Assembly (NCBI GenBank): GCA_047615875.1
Contig: JBLHGU010000001.1
Coordinates: 1,647 to 65,646 of the forward strand
Direction of reading: 5' to 3'
Length of the DNA: 64,000 nucleotides
DNA from: Parasphingorhabdus sp.
GTDB taxonomy: Bacteria; Pseudomonadota; Gammaproteobacteria; Arenicellales; CAJQKF01
Shown: one piece after another, positions 58,876-64,000 of the stretch
How positions within the stretch are numbered: the first letter of the stretch is position 1
How the letters are laid out: the number at the start of each line of letters is the position of its first letter
Translations under genes and position numbers: made by a program
Notes under the pieces: generated by a model
The model's database searches: none
Told to the model about the DNA's origin: nothing
Seen by the model: only the letters and a program-made list of their open reading frames with translations

Positions 58876-60066
58876 ATGAGCACCAAACGAAGCGTAATCA
58901 CTGACGAACATGTTCACGACGCCTTTCGCAAGGGCAGACAGTTTATAGAGGTGCTGCCGAATACAATTGTTACCGCTCAGGCCAGGGAAACCGCCCAACG
59001 TCTGAAAATAGCCCTGCGTGATGGCCCTTTGGAACAACCGCTAGTCGTAAAAACAGACGGCTCTACGGCTATGCGAAGAGTGCTGTTCCGTCGTCATCCA
59101 GCCTTCGAACCACCACGCCGACAATCTCAACGTGGAGCCGCAAAAATACCCCACCTGGCGCTAGTTGGCGCAGGTGGTGTAGGCATGAATATTGCCCATC
59201 TAGCAGCTAATTGTGAGATGGCCGATAATATTTCCATTATTGACGTCTTGCCAGGAGCAGCCGAAGCAGTTGCGCTTGATTTGCAACACAGCTCTGGCGT
59301 TAGTCGATCAAGCACACATCTGGTTGGTGGCACGGGTCTTGGCCTGGTTGCGGATGCTGATGTAGTTGTCGTTACCGCAGGAAGGCCACGTACACCAGGT
59401 ATGACCAGAGCAGATCTGCTGACCATCAATGGTCGGGTTATAAACAGCGTGGGTGAACAAATTGCCAATCTGGCGCCTAATGCAATTGTTATAGTCGTTA
59501 GCAATCCGCTGGATGAAATGACATTCAAAATGCTCCAGGTCACCGGCTTTCCCCGTGAACGTGTTCTGGGCATGGCAGGCACGCTGGATAGTTCAAGATT
59601 TCGTTTTGCGCTAGCTAAAGCGGCCGGTGTATCGGTAAACGCTGTAGAAGCCATTACGCTTGGTAGTCACGGCGAGGAAATGGTGCCGGTGGCGTCGAAG
59701 GCCACAATAAAGGACAGAAGCCTGGATGTATTTCTGAGTTCACAGCAAATCGAACAGTGCCGAATGGAAACCATTGGTGGAGGCGCCGCAGTCGTTGGTT
59801 TGAAAAAAACCGGTTCCGCTACGCTTGCTCCGGCCCAGGCGACAGTTGAGTTGCTTGATCATATTCGTGGTGCCCGCGCCGGTTCTGTACCTGTTTCCGT
59901 GTTGCTTAAAGGAGAGTATGGCATCCACGATACCGTGGTTGGAGTGCCGTGCAAGCTGGGTCGTTCCGGTGTAGTTGAAATTGTTGAGCTGAGTCTCGCT
60001 GAAAAAGAAATTGCCGAATTAAAGGCAGCCGCTAAAGCGGTCAAGTCTCGCCTGGAAAGTAGCTAA
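58876..60066 (+). CDS. LDH/MDH-family 2-hydroxyacid dehydrogenase (MDH-like Arg at the specificity position) with about 89-aa N-terminal extension
   Basis: The core starts at about aa 90: LALVGAGGVGMNIA, TAGRPRTPGMTRADLL, VVSNPLD, LDSSRFR, GSHGEEMVP. The N-terminal SVITDEHVHDAFRKGRQFIEVLPNTIVTAQARETAQRLKIAL resembles the EutQ N-terminus. Confidence 0.8.
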   Translation: MSTKRSVITDEHVHDAFRKGRQFIEVLPNTIVTAQARETAQRLKIALRDGPLEQPLVVKTDGSTAMRRVLFRRHPAFEPPRRQSQRGAAKIPHLALVGAGGVGMNIAHLAANCEMADNISIIDVLPGAAEAVALDLQHSSGVSRSSTHLVGGTGLGLVADADVVVVTAGRPRTPGMTRADLLTINGRVINSVGEQIANLAPNAIVIVVSNPLDEMTFKMLQVTGFPRERVLGMAGTLDSSRFRFALAKAAGVSVNAVEAITLGSHGEEMVPVASKATIKDRSLDVFLSSQQIEQCRMETIGGGAAVVGLKKTGSATLAPAQATVELLDHIRGARAGSVPVSVLLKGEYGIHDTVVGVPCKLGRSGVVEIVELSLAEKEIAELKAAAKAVKSRLESS

Positions 60067-60482
60067 TGAGCGTGGCAAGTGTCGCAACCGGTGGCAGGTT
60101 TGAAACTATTGGCGCTTACAGCCGTGCAAAGCGAGTAGGTCCCTTCGTTTTTGTTGCCGGCACAACCGCTATTGAGCCCAATGGTCGACTACATGCCCCC
60201 GGCGATACCTATGCCCAAAGTAAATATATTTTTCAACGGATAGAAAGTGCACTTAACGAGCTAGGTGCTGAATTACGTCATGTGGTAAGAACACGAGCCT
60301 TTTTAACCGATATGAAAAGCGGCGGCGGTGATTTTGTTCGTGCTCATGGTGAAGTATTTGCTGGCATCAACCCGGTTACCAGTGGTGTTGAAGCTGGACT
60401 GACAACTGAAGGCATGATGATTGAAATTGAAGTGGATGCCTTGATTCATGATAAGGATGGGCATATCGACTATTCACTATAA
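60066..60482 (+). CDS. RidA/YjgF/Rid family (enamine/imine deaminase fold) protein
   Basis: 138 aa. FVFVAGTTAIEPNG...YAQSKYIFQRIESALNELGAELRHVVRTRAFLTD...IEIEVDA. The ATG overlaps the upstream TAA. Confidence 0.75.
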   Translation: MSVASVATGGRFETIGAYSRAKRVGPFVFVAGTTAIEPNGRLHAPGDTYAQSKYIFQRIESALNELGAELRHVVRTRAFLTDMKSGGGDFVRAHGEVFAGINPVTSGVEAGLTTEGMMIEIEVDALIHDKDGHIDYSL

Positions 60483-60554
60483 CAGTAGTGATTTTTAAGC
60501 TAGTTATGGTTTCCGTGCCATGACTTTTGTTTTTAACAACGGAGGAGTCATTAT

Positions 60555-61865
60555 ATGAAACATGCAAATAGATTGCGCAAAACAGCAATCGCCTCTGCCC
60601 TGGCAATGGGTCTAGGATTGTTAGCGCCTGCCCAGGCTGCCGACGAAGTGGTAGTGGGCTACATTGGATCATTCGCTTCTGATAGCGGGCTGAGCACCAT
60701 TCGCGGTGCTGAAATCGCCATTGAGGAATTGAATGAAAAAGGTGGGTTGAACGGCAAACAAATCAGAATGGTCATGGCCGATACGCGAGAAGATGTTGCG
60801 GAAGGTATTAGGGCTTACGAATATTTGAACGACGTTGAAAAGGTCGATTTCATTATCTCTGGCAGCATCGATGATGTCTCCCTTGGCTGGTTGCCACGTA
60901 TGGTTGAGTATCGAACACCTACACTGGATACATGGACTTCCTATATCGGCATAATCGATAAGGTTGTTGAGGATTACGAAAACTACAAAATGTATTTTAT
61001 GAATGTTGCTAGTGATGAAGCATTGGCGACCCTGTATGTTGACTTCGGTAAAGATGTACTAGCTAAAGAAATGGGCTACAAAACCACCGTTATCATGCAC
61101 GAAGATACCGCTTTTGGTGGTGCGATAGCTGGTCTGGTCGAAGCCCTGCTTGCGCCGGATGCGGGAATAGAGATTGTCGATAAGATTATCTATGACCCCA
61201 ACACGGTAGACTTTGCTCCCTTGTTTAATAAGGCTGTGGCTACCGGTGCAGATTTTATTTATATAGTTTCTTCTGTGAAAAGCCAGGTGCCGGCATCTCA
61301 GTATGTAAAACTGCAGGTGCCAATGCCTATGACCGGGGTTAATGTCGCGGCATTCGGCCAGGACTTCTGGAATGATACCGGTGGCCTGGGTGGTGGTACT
61401 TCCACGTTAAGTCCGATTCCTTCAGTAGGTTTCGATATGGACGATCGGTCAGCAGCGTTCCTCGAGAAATACAAGGCCAAGCATGGTGATAACCGTCCCA
61501 TCGTTCCCCACTTTAACGGTTTTAACGCTTATTACGGTATCTATGGTGCCTTCGCTGCAGCAGAACGTGCCGGTGGTTTCGCGCCGTTAGATGACTGGGT
61601 ACGCGAGATGGAAAATGAAGACCTGAAGATTTACAAAGATGGTGAGCTTTGGCTTCGATATGGTTTCTGGAAGCCCGGCGAGATTGAGCCTCGTACCAAT
61701 CGCGAGTATACCCATAATATTAAGTTTGATATTACCGCGCCATTTGATGATGGTGCACCGGCCATGGTCGTTCTGCAGTGGTATGAAGATGGCACAACGG
61801 CTGTTGTTTATCCGCCCAAATATGCCACTGGCAAATTTGAGGAACCTTCCTGGATTAAGAAATAG
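60555..61865 (+). CDS. ABC transporter periplasmic substrate-binding protein (Liv/branched-chain amino acid-amide type)
   Basis: 436 aa with a signal peptide (ASALAMGLGLLAPAQA) and a type-I PBP pattern (VVVGYIGSFASDSG...AEIAIEELNEKGGLNGKQI). Confidence 0.75.
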   Translation: MKHANRLRKTAIASALAMGLGLLAPAQAADEVVVGYIGSFASDSGLSTIRGAEIAIEELNEKGGLNGKQIRMVMADTREDVAEGIRAYEYLNDVEKVDFIISGSIDDVSLGWLPRMVEYRTPTLDTWTSYIGIIDKVVEDYENYKMYFMNVASDEALATLYVDFGKDVLAKEMGYKTTVIMHEDTAFGGAIAGLVEALLAPDAGIEIVDKIIYDPNTVDFAPLFNKAVATGADFIYIVSSVKSQVPASQYVKLQVPMPMTGVNVAAFGQDFWNDTGGLGGGTSTLSPIPSVGFDMDDRSAAFLEKYKAKHGDNRPIVPHFNGFNAYYGIYGAFAAAERAGGFAPLDDWVREMENEDLKIYKDGELWLRYGFWKPGEIEPRTNREYTHNIKFDITAPFDDGAPAMVVLQWYEDGTTAVVYPPKYATGKFEEPSWIKK

Positions 61866-61931
61866 TAGTTTGTTGATAGGGCATCGTGATCAGCGTATCA
61901 CGATGCCATTCACAACTGGAATCGAAACTCA

Positions 61932-62783
61932 ATGGCACACATACTGATACAGGGGCTGTTGTTAAGCGGTTTATACGCTTTACTGGCAGTAGGTTTTACC
62001 ATGATCTTTAGTGTGGGTCGTGTGCTGAACCTGGCTTACGGTGTTTACATCATGCTGGGCGGCTATGTTTATTATCATGCTGCTCAGGTTTTGGGCATCC
62101 CAAAATTGGCAAGTTTTGTAATAGCAATAATGGCGGGCGCTGTATTTGGCATGCTGATATATCAGCTACTAGTCAAGCGCTTAAAGGGTGACTCGGTCGC
62201 CATCGAAATATCTACCTTGATACTCGCCGTAGTTATGCAGGCGCTAATCATACTAATTTACTCTCCTTCACCGAAAAGTATGTGGCCGCTAATACCGGGC
62301 GTGCTGCGTTTTGAAGGAGTCAGTGTTACCTATAATATTGTTATAGCCGCGATTACCAGCTGGGTCGTATTGGGCGGATTGCTGTTATTTATTAGCAAGA
62401 CACATATCGGTCGTGCAATAAGAGCCGTATCGATGGACCCCAAGGGTGCATTAATTTCAGGTATAAGTACCAATCAGGTTAATTTGGTTACCTGGGCCAT
62501 TTCCGGCGGTCTTGGTGCGTTGGCAGGTGTATTTCTTGCCACCTATACTCAGCTTGATCCTGGCATGTGGGTCGGACCCTTAATCATTGCTGTAGCCGTA
62601 GTGATAGTTGGTGGTATTGGCAGCATTGCTGGCAGTATGGTTGCTGCCCATATTATTGGTATGCTGGAAACTATTACCACGACTATGATTGCTGCAGAGT
62701 TACGTGGTGTCACCACTATGTTGCTCATAATTATCGTACTGGTAGTCGCCCCCAAGGGCCTGTTCGGCAAGGCAGAGTTATGA
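61932..62783 (+). CDS. ABC transporter permease, LivH type
   Basis: 283 aa, multi-TM, with an N-terminus and G-rich helices typical of LivH. Confidence 0.8.
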   Translation: MAHILIQGLLLSGLYALLAVGFTMIFSVGRVLNLAYGVYIMLGGYVYYHAAQVLGIPKLASFVIAIMAGAVFGMLIYQLLVKRLKGDSVAIEISTLILAVVMQALIILIYSPSPKSMWPLIPGVLRFEGVSVTYNIVIAAITSWVVLGGLLLFISKTHIGRAIRAVSMDPKGALISGISTNQVNLVTWAISGGLGALAGVFLATYTQLDPGMWVGPLIIAVAVVIVGGIGSIAGSMVAAHIIGMLETITTTMIAAELRGVTTMLLIIIVLVVAPKGLFGKAEL

Positions 62784-63751
62784 GTTGTTGGCGCACCGCT
62801 ACCGGTAAGGCTTTGATGGGCTGGGGTGCTTTTGCTCTGCTTATGTTGTTGCTACCCACTGTCGCCAGTACGGGAACATTGCGGGTTTTTATTTTCGCCC
62901 ATTTCCTCGCCATGTTCGCTATAAGCTGGGACATTATGTCTGGCAAAACCGGTTATATTAGTTTTGGTCATCCTTTTTTAATTGGCATTGGTGGCTATAC
63001 CACCGCAATGCTGACCTATCATCTGGACTGGCCGATAGCGATCACGATTCCAATTGCAGTGCTGGCTACCATGATTGCCGGTACGTTGTTTTTTCTACCA
63101 GCGCTACGCACCCGTGGAACCTATTTCGCTTTGGTTACACTGGCCTTTATGGAGCTTATGTATGGTTTGGTTCAGGTCATTGCTCCAAAGGTGACAGGTG
63201 GCACAAGAGGCCTTTCCGGTATTCCAAGTATCGTCACTGGTGCCTTACCCAACTATTATTTATCACTGGTTGTTTTGTTGATCCTGGCCTTCGGGTTATG
63301 GTTGTTAATTCGTACAAGACTGGGTACCGCATTGAGCGCCATCAGTATGGATGAAGATGCCATGCGCGCCAGTGGGCTGGATACAACTCGACTAAAATTG
63401 TTCGCCTTCATGGTCAGTGCTTTTGTGGCGGGTTTGGCTGGTGCGCTCTATATACATTACCTCGGCTCCATAGCACCCCGTAGTTTATTTGATATCAATT
63501 TTCTATTCACTATTTTGGTCGCCAGTTTACTAGGTGGTGCTGGAACTATTATCGGGCCAATAATCGGCGCCTTTTTCCTGACTTTTTTACTGGAATTTCT
63601 ACGTCCCTATATTCCAGGTACAGAAAGATATCTGATTTATGGTGTAGTAGCTTTGGTGCTCTATGTTTATCAGCCCAAGGGTATTCTGCATATTTTGCAG
63701 ACTTTCTATGCCTGGCTTATGCAACGCAAGGCGGCAGGTCGGTCCGGGTGA
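62780..63751 (+). CDS. ABC transporter permease, LivM type
   Basis: From ATG 62780, overlapping the livH-type stop (ATGA). SFGHPFLIGIGGYT and GTYFALVTLAF motifs. The track ORF start at 62567 is an out-of-gene extension. Confidence 0.8.
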   Translation: MSCWRTATGKALMGWGAFALLMLLLPTVASTGTLRVFIFAHFLAMFAISWDIMSGKTGYISFGHPFLIGIGGYTTAMLTYHLDWPIAITIPIAVLATMIAGTLFFLPALRTRGTYFALVTLAFMELMYGLVQVIAPKVTGGTRGLSGIPSIVTGALPNYYLSLVVLLILAFGLWLLIRTRLGTALSAISMDEDAMRASGLDTTRLKLFAFMVSAFVAGLAGALYIHYLGSIAPRSLFDINFLFTILVASLLGGAGTIIGPIIGAFFLTFLLEFLRPYIPGTERYLIYGVVALVLYVYQPKGILHILQTFYAWLMQRKAAGRSG

Positions 63752-64000
63752 CGGTGCTATTTGAAGCCCGTGATCTGGTCAAATCTTTCGGTGGCCTGTG
63801 TGCGACCAATCATGTGTCGTTGCATGTGAATGAAGGGGAAACGTTGGGTATTATTGGTCCAAATGGCGCAGGGAAAACGACGTTGTTTAACCTCTTCTCG
63901 AACGAAATTACAGCGGATGCCGGTGATGTGATTTTGCAGGGTAAGAGTCTGAAAAATGTTTCTACGGATAGAAGAGTTCGTGCCGGTTTAGTGAGAACCT
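63748..64000 (+). CDS. ABC transporter ATP-binding protein, LivG type (5' part, runs off the right edge)
   Basis: Translation gives VTVLFEARDLVKSFGGLCATNHVSLHVNEGETLGIIGPNGAGKTTLFN (Walker A). The GTG overlaps the upstream TGA. Confidence 0.8.
   Translation, partial: MTVLFEARDLVKSFGGLCATNHVSLHVNEGETLGIIGPNGAGKTTLFNLFSNEITADAGDVILQGKSLKNVSTDRRVRAGLVRT

Noticed and set aside
59127-59654. A 175-aa reverse-strand ORF inside the MDH-like gene. Similar long antisense ORFs occur at 13613-13987, 14141-14431, 16869-17270, 28984-29415, 29010-29396 and 48327-48713.
   Set aside because: These are mirror ORFs of well-supported genes on the other strand. Their translations are low-complexity (Ala/Pro/Ser/Thr/Arg-rich) with no recognisable motifs.
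62567-62779. A long N-terminal extension of the LivM-type permease ORF (the track start is at 62567).
   Set aside because: The extension overlaps the LivH-type gene in another frame and translates to Cys/Trp/Tyr-rich nonsense. The ATG at 62780, overlapping the upstream stop (ATGA), gives a normal LivM N-terminus.
1-64000. A scan for CRISPR arrays, rRNA/tRNA genes, IS elements, transposases, integrases, phage genes, toxin-antitoxin pairs and classical defence systems.
   Set aside because: None was recognised on either strand. The only tandem repeat noticed is the 7-mer at 5745-5772. A by-eye scan can miss short tRNAs and sRNAs, so tRNAscan/Infernal should confirm.

Overview
The window is a 64-kb bacterial chromosomal segment with about 60 protein-coding genes. 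I recognised no rRNA, tRNA, CRISPR array, IS element or integrase. The gene content (FabA-FabB pair, E. coli/Pseudomonas-like enzymes, Na+/H+ antiporter, creatinase, ectoine-synthase-like protein) suggests a marine-type gammaproteobacterium, but this is inference only.

Gene content from left to right:
- A mercury-resistance edge (merT partial, mer operator, merR).
- A patch of accessory genes, several of them visibly broken: GFA, ThrC-like and vWA genes.
- An Hsp70-like YegD homologue.
- A fused double EctC-like cupin.
- An M24 hydrolase translationally coupled to a di-iron membrane hydroxylase.
- Housekeeping genes: fabA-fabB, heme A synthase, LolA-like protein plus MMPL exporter, and RraA.
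- An AT-richer 4-gene operon encoding B12-dependent glutamate mutase (S and E subunits, GlmL chaperone) fused by overlapping stops and starts to an adenylate-forming ligase.
- An accessory stretch (Tat-signal Cys-rich protein, OsmC, cupin, decayed nitrilase, DUF442 phosphatase-like protein).
- Aromatic and amine catabolic genes: hppD, fahA, creatinase, TauD-like and FAD enzymes.
- ispG, adenine deaminase and mdh.
- From about 49 kb to the right edge, a same-strand catabolic island.

The core of that island (52.4-60.5 kb) is a bacterial microcompartment (BMC) locus. It has one BMC-P, one BMC-H and one BMC-T shell gene and a CoA-acylating aldehyde dehydrogenase. None of the classical signature enzymes, PduL/Pta or Fe-ADH is present. 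Its partners are instead a glutamine-synthetase-like ligase, a sarcosine-oxidase-like flavoenzyme, an opine-dehydrogenase-like protein, an LDH/MDH-family dehydrogenase with a EutQ-N-terminus-like extension, and RidA. A Liv-type ABC importer follows. This locus is my top candidate for an undescribed system, and the glutamate-mutase/ligase operon is second.

All assignments come from reading translated motifs by eye. No database search was possible.
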